Source: a virus (taxonomy: Duplodnaviria; Caudoviricetes). Taken from it: a DNA stretch of 64,000 nucleotides. Position 1 is the stretch's first letter; every line of letters begins with the position of its first letter. The position numbers were made by a program, and so were the translations under genes. The stretch covers positions 35,425 through 99,424 of IMG/VR virus record IMGVR_UViG_3300032030_000038, one strand, 5' to 3'. Of this stretch, positions 1 to 9,649 are shown piece after piece. Below the pieces are notes generated by a model. It was given only the letters and a program-made list of their open reading frames with translations, ran no database searches and was not told the DNA's origin.

Positions 1-3000
1 TCAAATTTAAGAAAAGAATTTGATTATGAACAATCCTGGAAAATCTGGAATGCAGCCGTATCTCCAGAGTACAAACGGGACTTTGGTTCTACTACTATCT
101 ATGATGAATTCGGAGAACCTGAATTACAATCTTTATTTGATAATTTAGATATAGTATCAGACAGCCCTATTAATACTGAAAAGTATGAAAAAGAGCTTAA
201 TACAAATCTTCCTGAAGATAATTTATCTATAATGAAACGTGTTGTTGATTTTAATGAAAAACACAATACGGTAAAGGCAAAAATTAGTAGCTTTAATTTA
301 ATTTCAGAAGAAGGTAATAGTGCACATATTACTGTTGAAATTGCTGACAGTGAAAAAAGAAACATTGCAAAAGCATTAAAAATAAACACTGCAATCTATG
401 AAAAAATAAATAAGTACCTAAATAACTTAGGTATGTCAATTGATTTTTTTGGGGGTGAGTTTTTCAATGGTGAAAAGGCGCTAATGGATCCACAATCTGG
501 TATTACGAATGCAAAAGGTTTTATAAATGTTATAAAATTATCGAATGATCAAGAGGCACTTGGAAAGTTACCGGAAGAATTAGGACACTTCTTAATTGAA
601 TGTAATACAAACAATTCTACTGTGACAAGGGCTCTAAATATATTAAGTCAAGATGAAAAACTTATAAAAGAAATTTTAGGAAATGATTATGAAGATGTAT
701 TAGATTATTACATTGGGCAAAATCGTCCTGATGCGATTGTTAAAGAAGCTCTAGGACGGCTTTTAATAAAATCTATCAATAAAGATATCGATTTGATGAT
801 AGAAGGTCAAAATAGACCGTTTTTAACCCGTATAAAAGGCTATCTTGATAAAATATGGAGTTCAATAAAAAAGCTCTTTAAAAGGAGAGATAAAAATAAT
901 ACAAATCCTATACAAGAACTTGAAGATTCATTACAACCTATACTCCATACGTTTTCAACCAGTGAGAGTAAAAGAAATGAAATTAAACAACGTTTTCATG
1001 AATATGGCGAGCAAATGGCTCATGTCAACACTTTACTCCAAGACTATAATGATTTATTTTCAAAAGGAGGTGTTGTTGATGAGATAAGAAACACAATTGC
1101 AAGAGAAAATAATTATTATAGTAAAGTTTACAAAGACATTGAAAAGCTTAAAGAGGAGATAAAAACAACTTCGGAAGCTTTCAAAATGTTTATTCAAAGT
1201 CGTGAGAACAGCGTAAAGAATGAAACAGAGGCTTATGATACTACTAAAGACATTGGTAATCTTGCGAGTATCGGGTTTTATTCAGAACAGGAAATTCTCG
1301 ACCTGCGCAATATACATCATTTTTGTAAATATATCGATAAAATACAAAAATTAATTAATAACCAATTGGAGTTTCTTAAAGACGTACAAATTAAAAGCAC
1401 TTCGTATGAGGAAATACTTTCCAGTTCCACACAAATAAATACAATAAAATCGTTTATTGAAACACAAGAACCTATTATAAATGATTTACTCAATTTTTCA
1501 GAAGCAATAGTTGATAATAAAATCGATGATACTCTTAAAGATGAAGCTTTTCAGGAAGCAGCTAAAAAATTAAGAAGTGTTGTATCGGAAGATCATCAAT
1601 TATTAACAAGCCTCAAGAGTGAACTTCTTTCAGCAATGAGCATTGTAACTGATCAATTTTGGGAAAATTCAGTCGATCAAGAAACTCTTGATAATATTAT
1701 TCCAAAACACATACAACAAAGAGAGAACCTTGTTGACAATGCGAAAAAAATTGATTATATTCTTAGTTTCTCAATGAGGGATATAAGTGGTGTAGCAAGA
1801 TTATTTACTGCTTATTATGCTCAAAAAGATCCTCTTATTAATTTAGTAAACAATACTCTTCGTAAACAGGAAGAAGAAGCTCGTATTGCCTCTCAGCTAT
1901 TTATAAAAGAGATTGCCGAGATTACACAAGAATATATTGACGAAACTGGCAGTAAGGACACTTCATTTATTTATGAAAATGATGAAAATGGAAAGCCAAC
2001 ACACTTTCTAAAAACTACCGAGGGTGTTTCTATACCAAAATGGCGTGCTATTAAAAAGGAAGTGTGGAAACAAATAAGTGAAGATGATACACTTACTAAA
2101 AAGCAAAAACACGAAAAATGGATTGCTTTTGTAAATAATTCTACTCAAGAAAAACGTATAGAAAACTATATATATGATGCTTCCACAAACACATTTGTAC
2201 AAACTATTCTACCACAATCTATAAGAATACCTACAACAAATGTTAGTATTGAACCCCGTGCAAAAGAATGGATTACAAATGATTTTTCAAAACTTAATGA
2301 AGCACAACAAAGATTCCTTATAAAGTATCTTGAAGCAAAAAATAAACTTGAATCGATGCTTCCATCAACTATACGTCTTAAACGTGAAGGACTTTACTAT
2401 CGTGCTGTACAAAGAGTTGTCGCTTCTGCTGGTGAAGCTATTTTAAATAATAAGAATGGTTTTTTTGAACAAGTAGGCGGGTTAATGAAAAACTCTCTGT
2501 ATGCTCTTGATGAAGATGATATTGTCAACACTGAAGATATTGAGGATGAATTTGATTTGGATAATCCTTTAACAGAAGATAGACCTGACAATATAGGAGA
2601 AGAATCATTTTTAAGGGCAATTACAAGAAAAGGTAAAAAATTTAAAAATAAATTGCTTAATGCAATTCATCGTTGGCTTTATCCTGATACAGACCCAGTA
2701 AGTGATACTCCCGATCCTAATGACCCAAAAGGAAGTTCAAGAATTATTACAAGAAAAACCTCATCTGAATTTAACCAACGTAGAAAAGTACCTGTTTATT
2801 TTACTCGTTTATTAAGCCCGGAAAGACTCTCAAGTCTTTCAACAGATGCTTCCGGTTCTCTCATTGAATATACAATGGCTTGTTTCAGATTTAAAGCAAT
2901 GAATGATGTTGCTGATATTATGGAACTTACTTACGAACGTGCCAAGTATCGTAGATTACAGAAAACAAAATATGGTTTTAAAAACATACTTCATATGATT

Positions 3001-4482
3001 GATCCAAATAATCCTGAAACATCATTAGATCAAGCAATTACTAATGATGCAGCGAGTAGTAATATGCTACAATCATTAAGGCAACTACTTGACACAAAAC
3101 TATATAGTGAATACAATATGGATGCTCGTGGTGAAGCTGGATCGTTCTCGCCAGAAAAAACCACACAAACAATACTAAGACTTACAGCATTCTCTATGCT
3201 TGGTTATAATGTATTTTCAGGTATTAATAATATAGTGGTTGGTAAATACCAGACAATGATTGAGGCTATTGGTAAGGGTAATTTTGACAAGTCTGATTGG
3301 GCTTGGGCTGAAAAGGAATATCATAAATTACTTCCTGAATATGTAAAAGAACTCGGTAAACCTCATAAAACAAGTAAATTGGCATTACTTGATGAATTAT
3401 TTAACGCTACTATGGAATGGAAAGAAACTCTTGAAGGCACAAAATATTATTCAAACAATGCTCTTCGTACTCTTTCAAAGTTTAATTCCGGGATGTTTAT
3501 GAATATGGGTGAAATGAATCTTAAATTAGTTACTTTGCTTGCCAAGCTTCATAATTATAAAATGAAAGATTCAGGAGGTAACGAAACAAATCTTTATGAG
3601 TCTCTTCAGTTTGATTATAAGTACAATAAAAACGGTGATAAAATTTCAGGCAGAATATCAATTAAAAATGGTTACACAAAACCTGACGGTACTAAATTCA
3701 CAATGACAAGAAAAAACGGTTATCAGCAAAGTGACCTTTATGATTTTTGTCTTAAAATGAATGTGATGAATCATCGTATGCATGGTATTTATAACCGTGA
3801 AGATCAAATTGAGGCATTACGCCACTGGTGGGGTAAGCTTCTCTTATTGTTCAGACGGTTTATCGTGCCCACTGTTGAGAATCGTTATATGGGCTCTCGT
3901 TATAATGTCGACACCAAACAATGGGAAGAAGGATTTTATGTTACAGGGCTTAAAGCAATTACCAAAATCATTATGAATGAGGCTGGTCTTGCTTATGGTC
4001 AAGGCAGAATAAAAGGAGCATTAAATGATTTTAATGATTTTCAAAAAGCAAATCTTAAAAAATTTATTGGAGAATTTGTAACACTGCTTGCTTTAATGTT
4101 ATTATTAGCCTTTGCAGTCCCTGATTATAAAGATGAGGACAGGTTTGTACTTCGTGCAGTTAACTATCATATCAGACGTCTTATTCAAGAAATTGAATTT
4201 TACCAACCATGGAATATCAATTCAATATATGATATTCTTCAAAGTCCTAGTGCAACTCTTGGCTTGTTAACAAGATATTTTGAGGTACTTGGCTCTATTC
4301 CTAATTTAAACGAGCGATATAAAGCAGGTCCTAATAAGGGAAAACTTAAAATAGGTGTCAAAGCAATGAATGCCTTGCCTCTTTACCCACAAATTCGTGA
4401 CGTAATTAAGTTTGCTGAAGACGATGGTAGATTTAGAATATTTGAACCAGTAATGTTTGAATCTTTAAAAAACGAAGAATAA
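1..4482 (+). CDS. Giant virion (cargo/ejection-type) protein, 5'-truncated by the window
   Basis: Frame 1 is open from base 1 (TCA AAT TTA AGA...), so the 232 start is internal. >1490 aa, helical, with a hydrophobic segment near the C-terminus (FVTLLALMLLLAFAV). Its position, converging on the replication arm, matches crAss-like giant virion proteins. Confidence 0.6.
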   Translation, partial: SNLRKEFDYEQSWKIWNAAVSPEYKRDFGSTTIYDEFGEPELQSLFDNLDIVSDSPINTEKYEKELNTNLPEDNLSIMKRVVDFNEKHNTVKAKISSFNLISEEGNSAHITVEIADSEKRNIAKALKINTAIYEKINKYLNNLGMSIDFFGGEFFNGEKALMDPQSGITNAKGFINVIKLSNDQEALGKLPEELGHFLIECNTNNSTVTRALNILSQDEKLIKEILGNDYEDVLDYYIGQNRPDAIVKEALGRLLIKSINKDIDLMIEGQNRPFLTRIKGYLDKIWSSIKKLFKRRDKNNTNPIQELEDSLQPILHTFSTSESKRNEIKQRFHEYGEQMAHVNTLLQDYNDLFSKGGVVDEIRNTIARENNYYSKVYKDIEKLKEEIKTTSEAFKMFIQSRENSVKNETEAYDTTKDIGNLASIGFYSEQEILDLRNIHHFCKYIDKIQKLINNQLEFLKDVQIKSTSYEEILSSSTQINTIKSFIETQEPIINDLLNFSEAIVDNKIDDTLKDEAFQEAAKKLRSVVSEDHQLLTSLKSELLSAMSIVTDQFWENSVDQETLDNIIPKHIQQRENLVDNAKKIDYILSFSMRDISGVARLFTAYYAQKDPLINLVNNTLRKQEEEARIASQLFIKEIAEITQEYIDETGSKDTSFIYENDENGKPTHFLKTTEGVSIPKWRAIKKEVWKQISEDDTLTKKQKHEKWIAFVNNSTQEKRIENYIYDASTNTFVQTILPQSIRIPTTNVSIEPRAKEWITNDFSKLNEAQQRFLIKYLEAKNKLESMLPSTIRLKREGLYYRAVQRVVASAGEAILNNKNGFFEQVGGLMKNSLYALDEDDIVNTEDIEDEFDLDNPLTEDRPDNIGEESFLRAITRKGKKFKNKLLNAIHRWLYPDTDPVSDTPDPNDPKGSSRIITRKTSSEFNQRRKVPVYFTRLLSPERLSSLSTDASGSLIEYTMACFRFKAMNDVADIMELTYERAKYRRLQKTKYGFKNILHMIDPNNPETSLDQAITNDAASSNMLQSLRQLLDTKLYSEYNMDARGEAGSFSPEKTTQTILRLTAFSMLGYNVFSGINNIVVGKYQTMIEAIGKGNFDKSDWAWAEKEYHKLLPEYVKELGKPHKTSKLALLDELFNATMEWKETLEGTKYYSNNALRTLSKFNSGMFMNMGEMNLKLVTLLAKLHNYKMKDSGGNETNLYESLQFDYKYNKNGDKISGRISIKNGYTKPDGTKFTMTRKNGYQQSDLYDFCLKMNVMNHRMHGIYNREDQIEALRHWWGKLLLLFRRFIVPTVENRYMGSRYNVDTKQWEEGFYVTGLKAITKIIMNEAGLAYGQGRIKGALNDFNDFQKANLKKFIGEFVTLLALMLLLAFAVPDYKDEDRFVLRAVNYHIRRLIQEIEFYQPWNINSIYDILQSPSATLGLLTRYFEVLGSIPNLNERYKAGPNKGKLKIGVKAMNALPLYPQIRDVIKFAEDDGRFRIFEPVMFESLKNEE

Positions 4483-4490
4483 AAAAAAAT

Positions 4491-4517
4491 AAAGGGCGGT
4501 CATTTTAACCGCCCTTT
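4491..4517. terminator. Bidirectional intrinsic terminator
   Basis: AAAGGGCGGT-cattta(t)-ACCGCCCTTT hairpin with an A run on the left and a T run on the right, between convergent genes. Confidence 0.85.
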
Positions 4518-4529
4518 TCCGTAACTTTA

Positions 4530-4988
4530 CTACTTAATTCGCAACTTAGAAATGTCAACCTGTCGTAATGCGCTTAGCACAATCGACATTAGATTGCAAT
4601 AACAGTCTGCAAACTTTGCAAATTCAGACTGAACTTCTTCTTCGTTGCACAAATTAACCGCACAAGAATCGAACAGCTTGATAATAGGGTTATGAATAAT
4701 GCAATTGGTAATTGCATCTAACATTTCTTCTTTATTAAGAGTATCAGGAATAAGCTTCTTGGACAAAGCCTCTATAACAATAAACTCACCAAGATTTAAT
4801 TCATGGGGTTTCTTTAATACCTCTTCAGTAAAAATCTTCTTCTTACACTTACAATCAGAAGTTTTTTCTTCTGTATTACAATCATCAGAATCAAAAATCA
4901 AATCGAGCAAATCTTCAATAACCTTGATTGCTTCCTGTCCTCTTTTAGTGCTTAAAATTTCTTCTAAATTTATTTCTTTTTTAATCAT
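4530..4988 (-). CDS. Hypothetical protein
   Basis: 152-aa ORF with its own upstream promoter. Confidence 0.7.
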   Translation of the reverse strand: MIKKEINLEEILSTKRGQEAIKVIEDLLDLIFDSDDCNTEEKTSDCKCKKKIFTEEVLKKPHELNLGEFIVIEALSKKLIPDTLNKEEMLDAITNCIIHNPIIKLFDSCAVNLCNEEEVQSEFAKFADCYCNLMSIVLSALRQVDISKLRIK

Positions 4989-5036
4989 TTTATTTTATTT
5001 ATGTTAATACTAATTATTAGTTCTAATTAAACGATA

Positions 5037-5067
5037 CAAAGATACATCGTTTTTCTAATATATCAAA
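5037..5067 (-). promoter_or_regulatory. Bacteroidota housekeeping-sigma promoter (-33 TTTG, -7 TATCTTTG)
   Basis: Minus strand TTTG (5064-5067), 19-nt spacer, TATCTTTG (5037-5044); fits TTTG-N19-21-TAnnTTTG. Confidence 0.7.
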
Positions 5068-5106
5068 ATAATAATTATATTATTAACAATAATTAAGGAA
5101 GAAAAT

Positions 5107-5535
5107 TTACATTGGTTTATATACTGTTTTTCCTTTAATTTTTTCAGCCCGTAATATTTGTTTTCTATTGTTTTTCTCTTTCAAGGAAACATGAACCCAT
5201 AATGGTTGGTTCAAATCTCCAAATTCCCAAATCATCTGGTCGAATTCAAAATTATTTTTTATAAGTTGAAAGAGAAAACTATTATTGTAACATTTCAAAT
5301 CAGCGGCTGCACCGTTGTTTGCCATATGTTGTGAAGTTTTTGCACCTCCTACAGCTTTATTAACTTGTTCACTTCTGAAACAGGATGTTACAATAATAGG
5401 TTTTCCTAATTTTTCCCTTACCGGATCAAGAAGATGGTCCACGAGGTATTCAATATTTTTCTTTTGTTGATAATTAGGAATATTAGGTAAATTTTTAGAT
5501 GACCTAGTCAACTCTTTCCAAGTAAAGTATTTCAT
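5107..5535 (-). CDS. Peptidase M15 (Zn D-Ala-D-Ala peptidase-like), putative endolysin
   Basis: MKYFTWKEL start, LDPVRE, S-x-F-R-S, N-x-A-V-G-G-A-x-x-S-Q-H, AAD and WVHVS motifs. Confidence 0.85.
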   Translation of the reverse strand: MKYFTWKELTRSSKNLPNIPNYQQKKNIEYLVDHLLDPVREKLGKPIIVTSCFRSEQVNKAVGGAKTSQHMANNGAAADLKCYNNSFLFQLIKNNFEFDQMIWEFGDLNQPLWVHVSLKEKNNRKQILRAEKIKGKTVYKPM

Positions 5536-5540
5536 TTTAT

Positions 5541-6230
5541 TTAATTTAAGTTTTTTATAATAAATTTATTATCTTCTATGACAAGATATTCTCTTGGCAT
5601 TGTGTCGCAAAACCACACTTCATTTTGATTTGCCAATGTATTCATCATAGTATGCCCCACAACTTGCTTGAACCCATCTATTTTATCTTTTAACAATGAA
5701 GCAGGTCTTACCCAAATCGGGGAACTATACACTGTATCTCCATATTCTGAAAAAGAATCACCATATGTAAAGTTTAATGCTTTTGGTGATAAATCTTTAT
5801 AATTTATAAATTGTAATTTATTTGGATTATCGGATTCAAACCAATACCTCATCCAAGTTTTTGTAATACCTGCATGTGTAAAAAGAATATCATCTTCTCT
5901 ATGTAGTATTTTAATTGTTTCATTTTCAAGACAATCTTTAACTGCTAAATTAGCCCATCTGAAAGTATCATTACTCCACCCACTATATCTTTCACCGAAG
6001 GATACATAATGCCAGTCATGATTACCGAGTAATAAAATGCATTTGTCTCCTTGTTCCTCTTTAAATTTAAGTATTTCGTAAAAGTTTTCTTTTATCTTTT
6101 TCTTAGAAGTGTTAAATCCATCCAAGTAATCTCCTAAAAAGATAATTTTATCAAACTCATTATTTTCTCTGGCTAAAAGTCTTTTCCAAGAATCATGTCC
6201 ATGTACGTCTCCAATAACAATTATTTTCAT
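5541..6230 (-). CDS. Calcineurin-like metallophosphoesterase
   Basis: GDVHG, GDYLD, GNHD, THAG, GHT motifs. Confidence 0.9.
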   Translation of the reverse strand: MKIIVIGDVHGHDSWKRLLARENNEFDKIIFLGDYLDGFNTSKKKIKENFYEILKFKEEQGDKCILLLGNHDWHYVSFGERYSGWSNDTFRWANLAVKDCLENETIKILHREDDILFTHAGITKTWMRYWFESDNPNKLQFINYKDLSPKALNFTYGDSFSEYGDTVYSSPIWVRPASLLKDKIDGFKQVVGHTMMNTLANQNEVWFCDTMPREYLVIEDNKFIIKNLN

Positions 6231-6409
6231 ATAGGTTTTATTATATCAGGGTGATCAATTAATTCAAAACAATCCAATTTATAAGGTTCTTTATAACACT
6301 TGACGAATTGATACTTACGTTCAACCGCTTCTTTCCATGCCAATGCTCTAAAGCATTTGTCTCTTTTTTTGCACATATCTGTGCTACAATGAGTTATATC
6401 ATGATTCAT
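6227..6409 (-). CDS. Small Cys-rich hypothetical protein
   Basis: DITHC-x4-C-x5-C-FR; ATGA overlap with the next gene. Confidence 0.6.
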   Translation of the reverse strand: MNHDITHCSTDMCKKRDKCFRALAWKEAVERKYQFVKCYKEPYKLDCFELIDHPDIIKPI

Positions 6410-6420
6410 ATTATTTTATT

Positions 6421-6693
6421 TTAATTAATATCAAAAGCCTCATCATTAAAAAAGATATCTTCAAAATTAATCTGCCGCTTCCTGTTTTCAGCTACTAAAT
6501 TATTGTATTCTTTTATAGCAGAAGCAATCATAGCAGGGAAAGATGACTGTAATCTCCATTGACCATTATCAATGACATAATTAACAATCTCATCGTTTGT
6601 CATAATTTTTACTTTATCTCCTTTCATAGTATCTTTTGAATTAAAATATTCATTAAACAATTGGTTTTCAAATTCTATATCTGCTGTACTCAT
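6421..6693 (-). CDS. Hypothetical protein
   Basis: 90-aa ORF in operon spacing. Confidence 0.6.
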   Translation of the reverse strand: MSTADIEFENQLFNEYFNSKDTMKGDKVKIMTNDEIVNYVIDNGQWRLQSSFPAMIASAIKEYNNLVAENRKRQINFEDIFFNDEAFDIN

Positions 6694-6703
6694 ATTATTA
6701 AAT

Positions 6704-6753
6704 AAAACCTATTGCAAATATACAAAAAAAATTTGTAAAATGCAATAGGTTTT
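6704..6753 (-). promoter_or_regulatory. Inverted repeat containing a TAnnTTTG -7 box (terminator and/or promoter)
   Basis: AAAACCTATTGCA...TGCAATAGGTTTT 13-bp arms; TATATTTG on the minus strand at 6715-6722. Confidence 0.55.
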
Positions 6754-6773
6754 TTCTTAAAAATTATTAAAAA

Positions 6774-7229
6774 TCAATCTAAAGAATATATAAGCTCATA
6801 CTTTCCTTTATCCTCCGAATAATCATTATTGTCTTCAAAAGCACTGTATGCAAAATTAAATAAGCTTTTATAATATTTCAAATTTTCAATTTCTTTTTTA
6901 CTCTCATTATTTGAACTAACATAATCGTTTATTTCATCACTTATTACATTATAAAGCTCTTGACTTGATTTTTCAATTCTTTTTTCAAGTATAGCTATAT
7001 GTTCATTATTATTTTTTATATAATTCTCCCAATTTTTTATTTCCTCATCATAAAAATTACACACATCATCATATAATTGTTTTGTAAAGGGGGCATAAAA
7101 ATCTTCTTTATTAGCAGTATAAGGCACAACTTCATACAATTCCCTTGCTGGAGTTGTAGGCAACCAAAACAAAGAAATCTTTTCCTTTGTTTTCTTATTT
7201 CTTAAATAAACAATCAAATAACTTGACAT
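6774..7229 (-). CDS. Hypothetical coiled-coil protein
   Basis: 151-aa ORF abutting the helicase gene. Confidence 0.65.
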   Translation of the reverse strand: MSSYLIVYLRNKKTKEKISLFWLPTTPARELYEVVPYTANKEDFYAPFTKQLYDDVCNFYDEEIKNWENYIKNNNEHIAILEKRIEKSSQELYNVISDEINDYVSSNNESKKEIENLKYYKSLFNFAYSAFEDNNDYSEDKGKYELIYSLD

Positions 7230-7230
7230 A

Positions 7231-8367
7231 TTATTTCTTTTTAAATAAATTAATTATCTTAACAAACATAAGGTTCAACATTTGAACTTTTTGATAGTAT
7301 CTCTCTATCCGTTCGTCAGTAGGCAACGGAAGTTCTTCAAAATAATTACTTTGACCAAGAAAATATAATGGACAAATGCAATTGGATTCTCCCCCACGAT
7401 TAATAACAACTTCAAGAAATCTCAAATGATCCTTCATTTTCTTCACATCATATCCAAGATATTCTGGTATTTCGTGTCTATAAGGACTAAATAAACCAAG
7501 CATAACATTACAATCTCTCGCAGTAAGTTTTGATTCAGCCAAGCCATTCATAGTAGGTCTTAATTTATTTGATTTTATTCTGTCAAGACTTTCCATATCA
7601 CTTGCTTGCTGCTGGATTACCACAGGAGTTATATTATACCTGTTTCTTAATTTAACCAAATAGGTACTTGAAAGTAAATCTATACATTGTTTTATAGTCA
7701 TTCCCTTTTCGGGTGACAAAAGACTTACATGGTCTATTATAGGTATAAAATAAAGCTTGTCATCATTTGGTACATAATAATCAAACGCTTTTATTATATC
7801 TTTATCACCAGTTATATTATTTACTATTTCCTGATCTTTATAATATACTGTACCATTTTTTAAACAATAGTCCTTAATAACGCTATAAATGCCCGTAGGA
7901 TGACGAACTGTTTGAAAGTCGACACATTCTTCATAATATTCCAAAATGCCTCTGTAAGGCTCTGTTTCGAGCTTTTGAAGTATCTCATCATCCACTGGTT
8001 TGTTTTCTTGTATAGATTGTAATTCTTCAGGAGTTATTATTATCTTATCAAATACATATAAAAGATAAGACATAAATCTTAATGTTACATCTTCTGGTGT
8101 TTCTTCAAGAGCAAAATAAAATATTTTTAAATGAACTTTATCTCTATAATAATATGAGTATAATAATGGATTATATAAAAACATATAGTTGGCAATCATT
8201 GATTTACCAACTTTTGTCGATGCGGATACCAAATAATAACGCCCTTGCTGAATTCCAGGATATTTATTTGCAAATCTTTTAAAAGGAGAGGGAATGCAAT
8301 TAATGTTCCCATTAATCACATTCTCTCTTTGTTTATGCAGTCTATTCAGTAAGCGCTGAACTATCAT
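7231..8367 (-). CDS. dnaB: DnaB-like (SF4) replicative helicase, crAss type
   Basis: Walker A ASTKVGKS, YFALEE, IIDHVSLL Walker B, VIQQQ, RDCNVMLGLFSP, INRGGE. Confidence 0.85.
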   Translation of the reverse strand: MIVQRLLNRLHKQRENVINGNINCIPSPFKRFANKYPGIQQGRYYLVSASTKVGKSMIANYMFLYNPLLYSYYYRDKVHLKIFYFALEETPEDVTLRFMSYLLYVFDKIIITPEELQSIQENKPVDDEILQKLETEPYRGILEYYEECVDFQTVRHPTGIYSVIKDYCLKNGTVYYKDQEIVNNITGDKDIIKAFDYYVPNDDKLYFIPIIDHVSLLSPEKGMTIKQCIDLLSSTYLVKLRNRYNITPVVIQQQASDMESLDRIKSNKLRPTMNGLAESKLTARDCNVMLGLFSPYRHEIPEYLGYDVKKMKDHLRFLEVVINRGGESNCICPLYFLGQSNYFEELPLPTDERIERYYQKVQMLNLMFVKIINLFKKK

Positions 8368-8372
8368 AATTT

Positions 8373-9050
8373 TTAATTATAATATTCATCCATTGCGTTT
8401 ACAACAAGAATCAAATCATTGGGAATAAAATCCTCTTCAAACATACCCATTGGGGATTTACATACATATTCGCACCCATTATCTTTAAATGTATGAGTAT
8501 AAAACCCATAAGTAGGAACCCCATCTTCATTATATTGGGGCTTACAAAACAGTACAATATTACACAATGCTTCAGGAGCAAACCCTTCCTTTACAAACCT
8601 ACCGACAAGTTTGATTTCCTTCCTTACAATTTCACCATTGGAAACAACATCTTGCGAGTGCATCATTAAGAACACCTTCTTCTCAATTGGAAGATTAACA
8701 GCTGTCTGTAGAATCTGCTGAAAATGCTGAGCCATTACAGTAAACTTTTTATAACCGACTTCATCTGCTTTTGCAAAATTCTCTTGTGCCATGGAAAAGA
8801 ACAAATCATCAATAATTATGTTCTTTATATGTTCTTGCTGACCCAGATAATTAAGTCCTTTTATAATCTTACTATAATCATTTACAGCAAAGAAATTCTT
8901 ATTTTCAGTATTATACAATTTTGCACTACCTTTAAACGGAGGAACTTTACCTAAAACTGAAATGATTGCTGTTTCTTCAGGGTTTAAATTTTTAATTGAA
9001 GTGGATTTACCGGAGCCACTTTCACCGAGAATAATTGCTATATTTGCCAT
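8373..9050 (-). CDS. AAA_24 family P-loop ATPase (Sak4-like)
   Basis: GESGSGKS Walker A, IIIDD Walker B, MMH, KSPMGMF...IPNDL C-terminal signature. Confidence 0.85.
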   Translation of the reverse strand: MANIAIILGESGSGKSTSIKNLNPEETAIISVLGKVPPFKGSAKLYNTENKNFFAVNDYSKIIKGLNYLGQQEHIKNIIIDDLFFSMAQENFAKADEVGYKKFTVMAQHFQQILQTAVNLPIEKKVFLMMHSQDVVSNGEIVRKEIKLVGRFVKEGFAPEALCNIVLFCKPQYNEDGVPTYGFYTHTFKDNGCEYVCKSPMGMFEEDFIPNDLILVVNAMDEYYN

Positions 9051-9058
9051 ATTTGATT

Positions 9059-9277
9059 TTAGTTATTAGTTAATAAATTTATTTTTCTATTAATATACCA
9101 CACTGCTTTTTGTAAATCTTCTACAATTTTTGCAGGGTCTTTTTTACCAGCTCTTGAAATATACTTTACAGCATTCCCAAGATGATAATCCAATTTTTGA
9201 TCTTCAATAAAATCAATTACCTCTATATTACCACTTGTATAATGTGAAGGGTGGTTTACATTGTCATTTTGTTCCAT
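9059..9277 (-). CDS. DUF3310 / T7 gp1.7-like (SaV-like) protein
   Basis: DNVNHPSHY..G.IEVID, GNAVKYISRAGKK, EDLQKAVWY; start reassigned to MEQND. Confidence 0.85.
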   Translation of the reverse strand: MEQNDNVNHPSHYTSGNIEVIDFIEDQKLDYHLGNAVKYISRAGKKDPAKIVEDLQKAVWYINRKINLLTNN

Positions 9278-9458
9278 ATGTTCCAATAAGCATAGTTTCA
9301 TTAGGTTGTATTTCCAAGGAATCAAAAAACTGATTTCTATACTCCTCAGAATTTAAAAAATCAATATATTCGGCTGCATCGATAGCTTCTCCCGCTGACT
9401 CAGCAGTTACTTCAGCATCAAAATAACCTGTATAGTACACTCTTACTTTATAAGTCAT
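9264..9458 (-). CDS. Hypothetical protein
   Basis: 64-aa ORF with EVTAESAGEA motif; overlaps neighbours in operon fashion. Confidence 0.65.
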   Translation of the reverse strand: MTYKVRVYYTGYFDAEVTAESAGEAIDAAEYIDFLNSEEYRNQFFDSLEIQPNETMLIGTYGTK

Positions 9459-9648
9459 TATAAACTAATTTAAAGTTTTTATCAGATGCAATATCATTTA
9501 CAAATATATTATTGTTTTTTGTTTGTGTATTATACCAATTTATACCATTTTGATTTGAATATGCTATAACCCAATCATTAATGTTATAATTTGGTAAATT
9601 TATATTTTTAATGTATATATCATTATAATATAATTTATAATTCGCCAT
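9448..9648 (-). CDS. Hypothetical protein
   Basis: ATG one base after the PolA stop (MANYKL...). Confidence 0.55.
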   Translation of the reverse strand: MANYKLYYNDIYIKNINLPNYNINDWVIAYSNQNGINWYNTQTKNNNIFVNDIASDKNFKLVYNDL

Positions 9649-9649
9649 A

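Noticed and set aside
232-4482. Virion RNA polymerase catalytic subunit
   Set aside because: No DxDxD-type catalytic motif recognised in this portion
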